Source of the DNA: an uncultured virus (IMG/VR IMGVR_UViG_3300031851_000007)
Taxonomy: Duplodnaviria > Heunggongvirae > Uroviricota > Caudoviricetes
DNA length: 64,000 nt
IMG/VR virus record: IMGVR_UViG_3300031851_000007
Span: 1 to 64,000 of that record
Direction: 5' to 3' (one strand)
How positions within the stretch are numbered: position 1 is the stretch's first letter; every line of letters begins with the position of its first letter. The notes beneath the pieces are model-generated. The model made no database searches. It was given only the letters and a program-made list of their open reading frames with translations, and had not been told where the DNA came from. A program made the position numbers and the translations under genes. Below, one piece after another: positions 29,804 through 39,622 of this stretch.

Positions 29804-30159
29804 TGGACGGCAATGTTGTACAACATGAATGGGGTAATGAAATAGTTTGGGCAAATACTGAATTATACAAAGGTAAGATTTTAGTGTTTAAAGAAGCAGG
29901 TAGTAGAACACCTATGCAATATCATAACAATACATTGAAAACGTTTTTTGTAAATTCAGGTACATTTCAATTAAGGCATATTGATACAGCAGATGGTCAA
30001 ATGTACGATATTGAACTAACAGAAGGCTCTACATTTAATATAAATACAAATAAGCCCTACCAGCTTACTGCACTAAATGCTCAAAGTAGTATATCAGAAG
30101 TAAGTAATAGTGTAGAGAATGATGAATTTTATATTGTGCCCTCAGGAGTTAAGGAATAA
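29803..30159 (+). CDS. Cupin-fold protein
   Basis: WGNE...MQYH...TFFVNSG...YQLTA...EVS, a degenerate version of the cupin in 7714..8490. Confidence 0.7.
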   Translation: MDGNVVQHEWGNEIVWANTELYKGKILVFKEAGSRTPMQYHNNTLKTFFVNSGTFQLRHIDTADGQMYDIELTEGSTFNINTNKPYQLTALNAQSSISEVSNSVENDEFYIVPSGVKE

Positions 30160-30161
30160 AG

Positions 30162-30440
30162 ATGTTACCTAAATTACAAAAACATTCTAAGCATATACAA
30201 GAAGTAAAGACGCTTAGAGATTCTGCAAAGAAAGTTAAAGATCAAAAAATTAAAGCAGACCTAAATATGCTTACTGACAAGTTAGTTGAATTAGTTGACA
30301 TGATTGATGTCGGTCATACTACTAATCCTAATGGTCATATTACGCCTGCTTTGATGCAAGAGCCAAGAACACAGATGAATATTATAAGAGCTCAAGCTAG
30401 AAAGTTGCTTGACGATTATAGTAAATCAAATAACGCTTAG
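30162..30440 (+). CDS. Hypothetical helical protein
   Basis: 92-aa ORF with AAGGA RBS. Confidence 0.6.
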   Translation: MLPKLQKHSKHIQEVKTLRDSAKKVKDQKIKADLNMLTDKLVELVDMIDVGHTTNPNGHITPALMQEPRTQMNIIRAQARKLLDDYSKSNNA

Positions 30441-31268
30441 TCTTTTAAGGCTAATTGCACCAACCATTGAAACATGAGATTGGCATTGATATCTATATGA
30501 TCCAAATAGTGTTTCTGGTATTCTCCAATATAACACCCCGCTTGAATTACCTTGGGCTGCTGCACCAGTTGTAACTGTTCCTGTTGTACTGACATGAACA
30601 ACACCTGTGTTATATGCTGTTCCTGATCCGTCTTGTATTTCAAAAGGATGTCCGCCAACATTAGTCAAATCAAATGCAATTGTTGTGCCACTTAGTGCAT
30701 ATATTGTAGGATTATTACCTAAATAATGCGGTTCAAAAGTATAAGAAGTTGCTCCTACATTATCAACTCGTAACATAGCTATAGCAGGTTCATATATTTT
30801 AGCAACATTTAGTCCTGCTGCTGTAGCATCAGTAGTACCACTAAATGTACTAGAGCCACCACCGCCACCACTACCAGTTTGGTCAGCTACCCATGCATAG
30901 TCACTGCCGTTCCAGCTTAGTATTTCATTGGTGCTTGCTGAAGATGTATTCAAGTGTGTATCAACATCAGAGTTTGTATAACTGCTTCCGCCTCCACCGC
31001 CGCCTGAACCTGTGTAGTTAATTGTAATTACATCTCCTACTATAGCAGTACCTATATCAGTTCCGCCTGTAATAGTAAGTTCATCGCTTGTAGTATTAGC
31101 ACTTGTTTGGCCGCTATCTGAATTAATTGTTGTCCAAACATTCTGTGCCGCTAAAGGTGCTGATGTAGTCACAACATTCCATGCTGTTCCGTCCCATTGC
31201 CAAGTTGTATTATTTGATGTATATACGTCATTCACACTTGGTGATGTTGGAAAATCAAATTTAGCCAT
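30426..31268 (-). CDS. Virion fibre/decoration protein with a C-terminal cupredoxin-like domain
   Basis: FPTSP...WQWDGTAW N-terminus, poly-Gly linkers, GHPF...YQCQSHVSMVG. Confidence 0.6.
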   Translation of the reverse strand: MAKFDFPTSPSVNDVYTSNNTTWQWDGTAWNVVTTSAPLAAQNVWTTINSDSGQTSANTTSDELTITGGTDIGTAIVGDVITINYTGSGGGGGGSSYTNSDVDTHLNTSSASTNEILSWNGSDYAWVADQTGSGGGGGSSTFSGTTDATAAGLNVAKIYEPAIAMLRVDNVGATSYTFEPHYLGNNPTIYALSGTTIAFDLTNVGGHPFEIQDGSGTAYNTGVVHVSTTGTVTTGAAAQGNSSGVLYWRIPETLFGSYRYQCQSHVSMVGAISLKRLSVI

Positions 31269-31287
31269 AATTAATCCTTTTTTATAT

Positions 31288-32862
31288 TTATCCTGTATTT
31301 ACGTTTGTGTTAGTTATATTACTTGCAACAGTAATAGGTTGTATACCATATTTACTGTAAAGCATTCTATTTGCAGATCCCATAATTGATGTTGAAAATG
31401 CACTATAATCGTTATCAAGTCCAGTATCGTATATTTCTGCCTTTGTATCAGCAACAATTCTATTAAACAATTCAGCTGGTGTTAGTTTAGGTTTTACTTG
31501 TAAATGCAAACATGCCAATCCAGCAACTTGTGGCGCTGCCATACTTGTGCCGCTTATGTTTGCTAGATTAAAGTTATCATCGTAGGCACCTGTTGAAGCG
31601 CCAAAAACTGTTGTTCCACTAGCTGAACTTATTATATCTGTTCCTGGTGCCCAAATATTTACTCCAGGACCTTTACAACTACTTCCGGCTGTTTTGTCTC
31701 TTGGTGTTCCGCTAATGCTTGTAGTAGTACTATCTATATTACCTACTATAAATGCCTCTGTTGAATAAGGACTACTACCTCGGTGATAAGTTTCGTTACC
31801 ATTTCCTAAATCTACCTGATTGTTATAATCATCGCCTGTAGGCTCATCAATCTTGTAATATGAATTTCCGCTTGCAATAACAACATGTACACCAGCATCA
31901 ATAAGTTCTTCTATATCAGTATCAACTGATGCTACTCTTACTGGTATACGTCTAGCTACAAGGCCGCCGCTATTTAATTGCGGGACAATACCATATGCTG
32001 CCCAAAGTTCGTTACCAGTTTCTGCATTGTAAGTCCAGGGTGTTCCTCTATAGGTGCCGCCTGTTGGGTTTGTTTGTGTACGAGTACCGCTATATCCCCA
32101 GCTCATATTAACTATAGTCGGGCGTCCATTTGTTTTGTTGTTGTGCCATTCTTTAATTGTATCAAAACAATCTGCAATTGATATGCCGCCATTAGGATCA
32201 GTTGGTCCTTGTAAACCGTCAACCTTCATTGCATATATTGCTGCACCTTTGGCAAAGCCGTATGTTTTGCCTGCACTGCCGCCTGCACAGTGAGTACCGT
32301 GTCCATGAAAGTCAGTATAATGATTAGTTGGCATTGCGCCAGGTAATCCACTAGCAGTAAACCAGTCAATTTGTTGCAATCTACTAACACCGTTAGCATC
32401 TTCCCATTCAGGGTGATCTGCTTGTATTCCAGTATCTTGAATTACTATATCTACACCTGCGCCGTCAAGTGCATATTCGTAAACTTGTGTATCAGGATCG
32501 TTTGACGATCCGTAATTGTTTGTAGCACTATTAGTTCTACGTAATCCCCAATTTGCATTTGTGTTAACAGGTTGTGTAGTTTTGCTAAAGTTAAAACTTT
32601 GTGAAGCATTTAGCCCAATTTCAATGTCATTACGGTATTCAGGTGGTATTTCTATTTCAAGTACTCTCGGGTCATTGCGTAATTCATTTGCTTCTTCGTC
32701 AGTAAGCATCCAATGTGTCATGCGCTTAGATGCATGTCTAGGGTTAGCAATTACAACTTGCCTGTTAGGAATAGGGCCGTGTCCTTGATTTGCTGCCATT
32801 TCAGCATCAAATACTTCTAGGTCTATTCCTTTTTTAACAATTACAATGTATTCTTTTTCCAT
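31288..32862 (-). CDS. S8 (subtilisin-like) serine peptidase with an N-terminal propeptide-like region
   Basis: Catalytic triad motifs IQDTG, HGTHCAG and GTSMAAP; oxyanion-hole ASGN. Start taken as the ATG at 32862 (AGGA RBS). Confidence 0.92.
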   Translation of the reverse strand: MEKEYIVIVKKGIDLEVFDAEMAANQGHGPIPNRQVVIANPRHASKRMTHWMLTDEEANELRNDPRVLEIEIPPEYRNDIEIGLNASQSFNFSKTTQPVNTNANWGLRRTNSATNNYGSSNDPDTQVYEYALDGAGVDIVIQDTGIQADHPEWEDANGVSRLQQIDWFTASGLPGAMPTNHYTDFHGHGTHCAGGSAGKTYGFAKGAAIYAMKVDGLQGPTDPNGGISIADCFDTIKEWHNNKTNGRPTIVNMSWGYSGTRTQTNPTGGTYRGTPWTYNAETGNELWAAYGIVPQLNSGGLVARRIPVRVASVDTDIEELIDAGVHVVIASGNSYYKIDEPTGDDYNNQVDLGNGNETYHRGSSPYSTEAFIVGNIDSTTTSISGTPRDKTAGSSCKGPGVNIWAPGTDIISSASGTTVFGASTGAYDDNFNLANISGTSMAAPQVAGLACLHLQVKPKLTPAELFNRIVADTKAEIYDTGLDNDYSAFSTSIMGSANRMLYSKYGIQPITVASNITNTNVNTG

Positions 32863-32866
32863 AATA

Positions 32867-35800
32867 TTATCCTGTGTAAGGTACAAAGTTACCTAGCCTA
32901 TATATTGTATTAATATCGTTTACCAAATGCCATGAACTTCCGCCTAGAACAGCATCTGCTCCTGATGCAGCACCGAGCCATACGATAGTTGGATTATCCA
33001 AAGATTGACTTTGTAATACCATGCCTTGTATAGTTCCGTAATTTGATGGATTAGCACTAGATGTATTAATATTAGAGTCAGTAATTTCTACCCAAACATC
33101 ATCTACGTCTATACTAGTACCGTTCATAAAATGAGGATCGCCAGAGCCTAAAAATCTATACCTAACAGCATTTAGTGTTGGGCCTGCGTCAGTAGTTTGT
33201 GATGTTTGTATATTGAAGCCAGAATCCCATGTCTTATCATTAGCATTATCGGCATAAAAAGTTACAGTATTTCCTCCTGTAACTCCAAAACCTCCCGAAG
33301 GTATCTTTGCAACTTGGTTGATAACTCGAAATGGGCTACCATTATGGCAAGAATAATGTAATCTTATAAACGGATCACCTGCGCTAGTTGCTCCGGCTAT
33401 TAAGCTATGTACAAAATTTGAGCTGGCATAAACAGTGTCTACAGTTTCGTACTCATTGCTAGAATTAAAATAACTAAGATCGTTGTATCTCGCAAAAAAT
33501 GCGTGTTGCCTGTTCACAGTCCATGAATGGTAGTATTGTGCTGTACTCCATGAGCCGGACCATCCTAGTAATCTAATAATAAAATAACTTGTGTTAGGTA
33601 CGTCATCATAATCAAATGTTAGCTGAGGATCGTTACACCGTTCACTCCAAGCTGTCCATAATTGATTTGTAGTAGAATCGTATTGTATTCTCGGTCCACC
33701 GCGTGTATGATTATGATTGAGATATGTAATGTTATAGTCATAATCTTTAAAAGATGAATTCACGCCGCCTCTAGCTCTCTTGAAAGATGTAATGGCATTT
33801 GTATCAGGATAATATTCAACTAAGAAAGGAACATCAGTAGCAGCTGAGATTTGCGAGTCGCCAAAGAAGATGCCAGTTACTACAACTGATCCTACATTAG
33901 AAATATAAGTGGCATCAGACATTATCATACTCCAGTCACCGGTAGTACCAATATAAGGTTCTGAATAAGTGTAATCGTCAACGTTTGTTCCGACTCCTGT
34001 TAACACTCTATTACTTGAGTATGCGCCTGCTGATGTATAGTTTACAAAACAAATCCTTGACTCTAAACCTTGATCATCTGTGTTATATCCGCCGTTCATA
34101 CAAAGTGTGTAACCTGAGTTTCCTCTAGGTATTAGAGTGCAACCATCATACCTATATAATGTATATACAGATGTACCGCCAAATGAGCCCCATGACATAC
34201 GTTTCATATAGACAGTACCGTTTGATAGATTAGAAGGATCAATAGTAGTCATACCCAATCTAGGTGCAGCAAACTCTCCTGTCATACCATTGGCACTGTT
34301 GTCCGTGTTTTCGTTACTAAGTAGAAATGCAAAACCAATATCGCCTGTTGTAGAATTATATGACATATCCATAGGCGTCATACGTCCGTAATTTGGGTCT
34401 TGGAATGTGCCAAAGTTTGAACCGTTTCTAAATGTTCTTCTAGAAACAATTTCTCCATCAGATTTAGCAACTTTCATTATTGTAAATCTGTCGCCTACAG
34501 TTCTATCAGCCCGGGCGTTTTCTGAATAATGTATAAAATACAAATAATTAGCATCTTGTGTCATTTTAAATAGTAGACGATCAATTTCTATACGCCATAT
34601 ATTTTCACCGTTTTGATCGTCTGCATATATGTAATTATCATAAGGATCTTGCGGGCTAATCCATGTCCAATAACTCCAACCTTTATAACTGCTAGTTTCT
34701 CCTATATCTGCTTCTGCTAATAGACCTCTACCACCGTTATAGCCATCGGGTAAAGCAGCAGATGCTAGATAATACGTATCAGGTCCTGCACTTGTATCGT
34801 TAATTTGTACAATAACACTAGCTTGTCCATTACTCAATGAGAGAGTCATATTCTCTGTGCCCTCTGTAGTTACATCTTGTGATGTTGTAAATGTTAAGGC
34901 AGCAGTATTACTATTAACAGTAAAGTTACCAGTAATTGCACCACTTGATAAATCACTAGCACCTATACCTGTGATTGCATACGGAACTAATGTTCCGTCA
35001 TCAACTTCTGTAGTAGTTAGTGTTATTGTAACACTTTGACCTTCATTGATAGATGTCGCTGATCTTGATAAACTGTATGTAGCTGTGCCGACCCAAATGG
35101 TTGTTTCTCTTGTTACAGTAATATTGTTTATATCTGTTTGAAAAACATTATTTGTAGTTGCATACCCTGATGTGTATCCAGTGCCATTAGATCCAAATGG
35201 TACTGATCCTACACTAGTAATTCTATAACTTGTATCCGTAGTAAGACGTTGTGCAGTTGCTCCCCTACTGTAGTTAACAGTATCATCAATATTAAAATCA
35301 CCAATTTGTGAACTAGGAGCATATCCGTTTAAACTTTGTAACACAAATCCATCAATACGTCCTGAGGTACTTGTTTGACTTCCTGCTAACCACCAATTTT
35401 CATCTGCGTCAAGATTAAAGTCGTATGCATTAATATCAGTATAACCTGTTCCCGGAGTAAACTTTCCTTGCCATGTATTGTCTTTGGTTACAAATATATC
35501 ATTGCCAAATGTAGCAGCAAAGAATTCGTCTCCTGCAGAATCAACTTGCACAAAACTTCTAAGATAATCAGTTGAACTTGTTGTAAAGTTTGCTGTAGCC
35601 ATAGTTGATGAGCTAAATGTAGATCCTGATGAGTTTGTTGCTCTTACAAATCCGTGCCCGGCATACGTACCACTAGGTTGGTTAGTAGGCATATAGATAT
35701 AATTTGTTCCTGAACTACTTTTTGCTATTCGACAATTTGCATAAGGATATCGTCCTCTGTTAGAATAAACAAATCTATAGTTGCTTAATACCGAATCAAG

Positions 35801-38002
35801 TGATGTACTAATTACAGTAATCTTTGGATATATTATAGAAGCAAATCCACCAAGTACTACACCAGCTGGTGATATTAGTACATTTTCAATATTATATGTA
35901 CCCGAAGAAGAGTCTAACTTTCCGTGTGTAATCGAACTACCCCAAGTAAATTTAGATAAAAGTCCCCCTGTACCATTACCGTCACTGGCTTGTCCACCTG
36001 CAAACAATTGTCCTGCATTATTTACATCACAATCGTAATATGCTGCTTGTGTTACAGATCCACTATCACCTGAAGTACCTGATATAAATCTATCTGAATC
36101 TTCTACTAGATTATTATCAAATCTAAGAGCAATTGCATTATTTTGTCCGTCGTTTGTATAGCCTACTACAAATAATTTATCTTGAGTATCGTCATAAGCA
36201 CATGATGTAAAGTAAGTATTTGATCCACTTACTCTAAATCTATGCCATCTTTCTAAACCGTTAGTTGGCGAATATTTAATTATAACGCCCCATATAGCCG
36301 AACCTACAGTAGCAGTACCTACAACGAATTTTTCTTTTTCAGCACTATAGCAAGTTTTTGATAAAGTTATATTGTTGTTACTAAATTGTATTCTATCATG
36401 AAATGTACTTACTGTTGAACTGCTATCTGTTACGACTACATTAAGTACTGGAGATCCAGTCACAGCCCCGTTTGTAGTTACCGAGTCCATTGTAAATGTT
36501 ATAGTTTCTAAGTTTTCTGCTGTAGTATCTGCTGCTATTGTTAGTGTAACTTGTGCAATGTAAGTGTTGCCGCCTGAAGAACTAAAGTTTACAGTTCCGT
36601 TTAATGCGCCTGCAGAAATGTCACTATTATCAATTCCTGTAATTCCATAAGAAACACTATCGCCAGTTAACGCCCCAGTTCCAATCATACTAAAGATTAT
36701 TGTTTCGCCTTCTGGAACATAAGTTTTGTTTGCAGTAACACTAAATGTAGGAATACTAGTATCAACAATGTCAACATCAACAAGTGTATTTTCATTATCT
36801 ACAGTTAACCTAAAGGTTTCAAGACCTTCTGCTGCTAAGTCGTTTGCTACAGTAAATTCAATACTATCGGATCCGTCTGCTTCAGTTGTAAAGTTTCCAG
36901 TAAGACTTGCTCCGCTGATATCATCAGTAGTTACTCCAGATATTACATATGGTATAGCAGTGCCTATGTCAGCGTTAGTTGTACTTAAATTAATTGTAAA
37001 GCTATCGCCTTCGTTTACACTATTTGATGTTGTCGATAATCCATAAGTTATTGGTAATGGTTCTACGCTTGTATCGTTAATTACAGTTTGTATACTAGAC
37101 TTTCCGTTGTCCAATGAAAGTGTAAGTATTTCATTTCCTTCTGTAGTTAGGTCTTCTGTTATTGTTAAGTTTAACGTAGCAAGCCCACTGGTAATTGTAA
37201 AGTTGCCTGTTAAACTTGCACCATCTATATCTGCACTAGACACACCAGTGATTGTATAAGGTACTAGTGTACCATCAGTTATATTTGTTGTAGTAAGTAA
37301 GTATCCAGCACTTGCGCCTTCGTTTACATTATTTGAACCGGTTAATGAATAAGTAGGTTTACTAGTATCTTGAATTGTTACTGAAACACTATCTGCACCA
37401 CTGTCTAGTGATAAATTAAATAATTCGTTACCTTCTTCTGTTATATCTGGTGTTGTTGTAAATGTAATACTGCTACTTACTTGTGGCCAAAAGCCTGACG
37501 AATAAATTAATCCTTGCACAACAACATTTTCACCAGCTGTTGGTTCAGTAGAAAAGTTTGATGGTAAGTTTATAGTTAACGTAGTACCTGTAAGCGATAC
37601 ACTGTCTACAGCTAATATTTGACCGTCAAACTCTATAGTACCACTACTTACATATGTACCGCTTGGTATGTTACCAGTAACATCAATATCTACGCTAATT
37701 GGCACCGTATTGTTGTAGCTTGATACCTGGAAATTAGAGTCAGGTACTGTAAAGTTACCTGTTAAACTTACACTATCTATATCTGCACTACTTACGCCTG
37801 TAATTGTGTAGGGTACTGATGTTCCTGAAGCTACGTTTGCTGTTGATAGTGTAATGTCAAATGTATCTGATTCTTCAGTTACACTTAATGCTGTTCTAGT
37901 AAGATTATAATAAGGAGCACCAGGTGTTGGAGGCTCAATGCCGCCTCCAGGTGATGTTAACGTTATAGTTCCGAGCTGTGCTAAATCTGTGAGTCTAGGC
38001 AT
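32867..38002 (-). CDS. Large Ser/Thr/Gly-rich virion protein with Calx-beta/Ig-like repeats and probable beta-propeller regions
   Basis: About five repeats of SV(N/T)EG...ITL.T...GT.VPY.ITG(V/I)S..DI...SLTGNFT. Confidence 0.65.
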   Translation of the reverse strand: MPRLTDLAQLGTITLTSPGGGIEPPTPGAPYYNLTRTALSVTEESDTFDITLSTANVASGTSVPYTITGVSSADIDSVSLTGNFTVPDSNFQVSSYNNTVPISVDIDVTGNIPSGTYVSSGTIEFDGQILAVDSVSLTGTTLTINLPSNFSTEPTAGENVVVQGLIYSSGFWPQVSSSITFTTTPDITEEGNELFNLSLDSGADSVSVTIQDTSKPTYSLTGSNNVNEGASAGYLLTTTNITDGTLVPYTITGVSSADIDGASLTGNFTITSGLATLNLTITEDLTTEGNEILTLSLDNGKSSIQTVINDTSVEPLPITYGLSTTSNSVNEGDSFTINLSTTNADIGTAIPYVISGVTTDDISGASLTGNFTTEADGSDSIEFTVANDLAAEGLETFRLTVDNENTLVDVDIVDTSIPTFSVTANKTYVPEGETIIFSMIGTGALTGDSVSYGITGIDNSDISAGALNGTVNFSSSGGNTYIAQVTLTIAADTTAENLETITFTMDSVTTNGAVTGSPVLNVVVTDSSSTVSTFHDRIQFSNNNITLSKTCYSAEKEKFVVGTATVGSAIWGVIIKYSPTNGLERWHRFRVSGSNTYFTSCAYDDTQDKLFVVGYTNDGQNNAIALRFDNNLVEDSDRFISGTSGDSGSVTQAAYYDCDVNNAGQLFAGGQASDGNGTGGLLSKFTWGSSITHGKLDSSSGTYNIENVLISPAGVVLGGFASIIYPKITVISTSLDSVLSNYRFVYSNRGRYPYANCRIAKSSSGTNYIYMPTNQPSGTYAGHGFVRATNSSGSTFSSSTMATANFTTSSTDYLRSFVQVDSAGDEFFAATFGNDIFVTKDNTWQGKFTPGTGYTDINAYDFNLDADENWWLAGSQTSTSGRIDGFVLQSLNGYAPSSQIGDFNIDDTVNYSRGATAQRLTTDTSYRITSVGSVPFGSNGTGYTSGYATTNNVFQTDINNITVTRETTIWVGTATYSLSRSATSINEGQSVTITLTTTEVDDGTLVPYAITGIGASDLSSGAITGNFTVNSNTAALTFTTSQDVTTEGTENMTLSLSNGQASVIVQINDTSAGPDTYYLASAALPDGYNGGRGLLAEADIGETSSYKGWSYWTWISPQDPYDNYIYADDQNGENIWRIEIDRLLFKMTQDANYLYFIHYSENARADRTVGDRFTIMKVAKSDGEIVSRRTFRNGSNFGTFQDPNYGRMTPMDMSYNSTTGDIGFAFLLSNENTDNSANGMTGEFAAPRLGMTTIDPSNLSNGTVYMKRMSWGSFGGTSVYTLYRYDGCTLIPRGNSGYTLCMNGGYNTDDQGLESRICFVNYTSAGAYSSNRVLTGVGTNVDDYTYSEPYIGTTGDWSMIMSDATYISNVGSVVVTGIFFGDSQISAATDVPFLVEYYPDTNAITSFKRARGGVNSSFKDYDYNITYLNHNHTRGGPRIQYDSTTNQLWTAWSERCNDPQLTFDYDDVPNTSYFIIRLLGWSGSWSTAQYYHSWTVNRQHAFFARYNDLSYFNSSNEYETVDTVYASSNFVHSLIAGATSAGDPFIRLHYSCHNGSPFRVINQVAKIPSGGFGVTGGNTVTFYADNANDKTWDSGFNIQTSQTTDAGPTLNAVRYRFLGSGDPHFMNGTSIDVDDVWVEITDSNINTSSANPSNYGTIQGMVLQSQSLDNPTIVWLGAASGADAVLGGSSWHLVNDINTIYRLGNFVPYTG

Positions 38003-38005
38003 ATG

Positions 38006-39547
38006 TTATCCAAATGTTGTTAATGCGCCAATTACGTTCCAGCTTGCTGATTGTCTAATTAGACTAAATGTAACTGAATCTAACTGTCCGCCGTTGCCAG
38101 AAGGTGTAGTTGCATCTAACCATAAGATAGACTGTGCTGCTCCGTCAATTTGTAAAGCTGTAGGTAAGTAAGGTGTTCCGCCTTGCGATATTAATAATGT
38201 TACAACTATAACCCTATTATCATCTGTTGGTATATTTGTTAAATTTGCAGTAAAGTTTCCTGATAAACTTGAATGATACCAAACTGCTCCAGTATCATAA
38301 TCATGTTCAACTACACCTGTAGCTGAAGTTTTCATATTAAGTTTTTCTGAACTTTTAAGTATTACACCGAGGTCTATTTCGCCGTTTATAACAATACCAT
38401 CTGGTGCTGCAATTGATAAAGTAGTTGCACTAGTAACTGATGCTCCGCCTACGCCTGTATTTACGAAGCTAGGAGCTGATACTGATGTTGAAGCTGCTAT
38501 TGCTCCCGTAATGTTAATATTACCTGTGCCAGTAATATCACTTGTATTAAGATCTAAGTCGCCGCCTAGTTGTGGTGCTGTATCATCAACTACATCGCCG
38601 CCGCCGCCACCGCCGCCACCGCCGGTTGCTGCTATTTCGATTGTATTTGCAACAGCATCGGCAGTAAGTGTAACGTTTGCTCCTGCTACAAATGTAATTT
38701 CATCTGCGCTATCTGTTGGTGCCAGTGTGTCAGTATCAACCGTAAACTGTGTAAATGCATCTGTTTGTGGTACACTAGGTTGTATCCAATACTCGTCTCC
38801 AGAAGCATCATCTGCTCTAATGTATAACACACCGGTTGAATTATTAAACCAAATATTTCCTACTATTGGACTCGATGGAGCATTTTCACCTACTGCAATA
38901 CTTGCTGATTCGTCACTACTGCTGCCTGCACCTGGTTCAACAATACTAATTGAGTTGCCCATATTTTGGTGTCTTGTACAATAGTAGTATAACGTAGTTG
39001 GCGTATCTTTAGTTACAAGCAAAAATACTCTGCGGTCAGCTGCTGATGCAAATTTAGTGCCTTTGTATATTTCTTGAGTAACTTCTTTACCATCTAGTTG
39101 ATATTTAACATTGTTTTCATAAACTGCTCCAAATGCTAGTTCTCCGTTTGGTGTTTCACTAAACGAAAGGGGGTGTTGATTATTAACTCCGCCGTCTGGA
39201 TTTGGATAGTATTCGTTTGTTTGATCGCTTTGATCAAAAACATATGTATAACCTATAACTAATTGTAATTCAGGAGCCGACACGTTATTAAACACGTATT
39301 TGTTACTAACTCCGTTATTATCAATTGTTGTTGTGTATTCTAAACTTGCTACACCTGCTGTACCTGTAATAGTCGACAGGTTAGCTGTGCTTGCAACTGT
39401 ATATCCTCCACGGGTATTTCCGTCATATAAACGTAGCGTGTTTTCATCTCTGTTATAGAAAATTTCACCGCTTGCCCCTACGTTTCTGTTTAGGAAGTTC
39501 TCATCGCGTGGAATAATGCGTATGCTGTTACTGATTGTTTGTGCCAT
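38006..39547 (-). CDS. Mosaic virion fibre protein with a cupredoxin-like domain
   Basis: GEIFYNRDENTLRLYDG N-terminus, QHPLSFS...LYYYCTRHQNMG, poly-Gly, PQLGGDLDLN fibre motif. Confidence 0.65.
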   Translation of the reverse strand: MAQTISNSIRIIPRDENFLNRNVGASGEIFYNRDENTLRLYDGNTRGGYTVASTANLSTITGTAGVASLEYTTTIDNNGVSNKYVFNNVSAPELQLVIGYTYVFDQSDQTNEYYPNPDGGVNNQHPLSFSETPNGELAFGAVYENNVKYQLDGKEVTQEIYKGTKFASAADRRVFLLVTKDTPTTLYYYCTRHQNMGNSISIVEPGAGSSSDESASIAVGENAPSSPIVGNIWFNNSTGVLYIRADDASGDEYWIQPSVPQTDAFTQFTVDTDTLAPTDSADEITFVAGANVTLTADAVANTIEIAATGGGGGGGGGDVVDDTAPQLGGDLDLNTSDITGTGNINITGAIAASTSVSAPSFVNTGVGGASVTSATTLSIAAPDGIVINGEIDLGVILKSSEKLNMKTSATGVVEHDYDTGAVWYHSSLSGNFTANLTNIPTDDNRVIVVTLLISQGGTPYLPTALQIDGAAQSILWLDATTPSGNGGQLDSVTFSLIRQSASWNVIGALTTFG

Positions 39548-39571
39548 TTAATTTTCCTGCTTCTACTAATG

Positions 39572-39617
39572 TATTTATTCAAAAAACATTTACAACCCAC
39601 CGCCCGAAGCATAAGTA
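39572..39617. promoter_or_regulatory. Divergent late-type promoters at the left border of the oxygenase island
   Basis: Minus strand TAAATA (39577-39572) upstream of the 39547 gene; plus strand TAAGTA (39612-39617)-gatat-ATG(39623). Confidence 0.6.
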
Positions 39618-39622
39618 GATAT

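Noticed and set aside
38596..38623. GC-rich CCG/CCA run resembling a microsatellite
   Set aside because: It encodes a poly-Gly linker on the minus strand, as do the similar runs near 30860 and 30995.
39539..39622. Hydrophobic N-terminal extension MCHLIFLLLL suggesting a signal peptide on the first oxygenase
   Set aside because: It overlaps the divergent gene start and both promoter motifs; the ATG at 39623 fits the N5 rule better.
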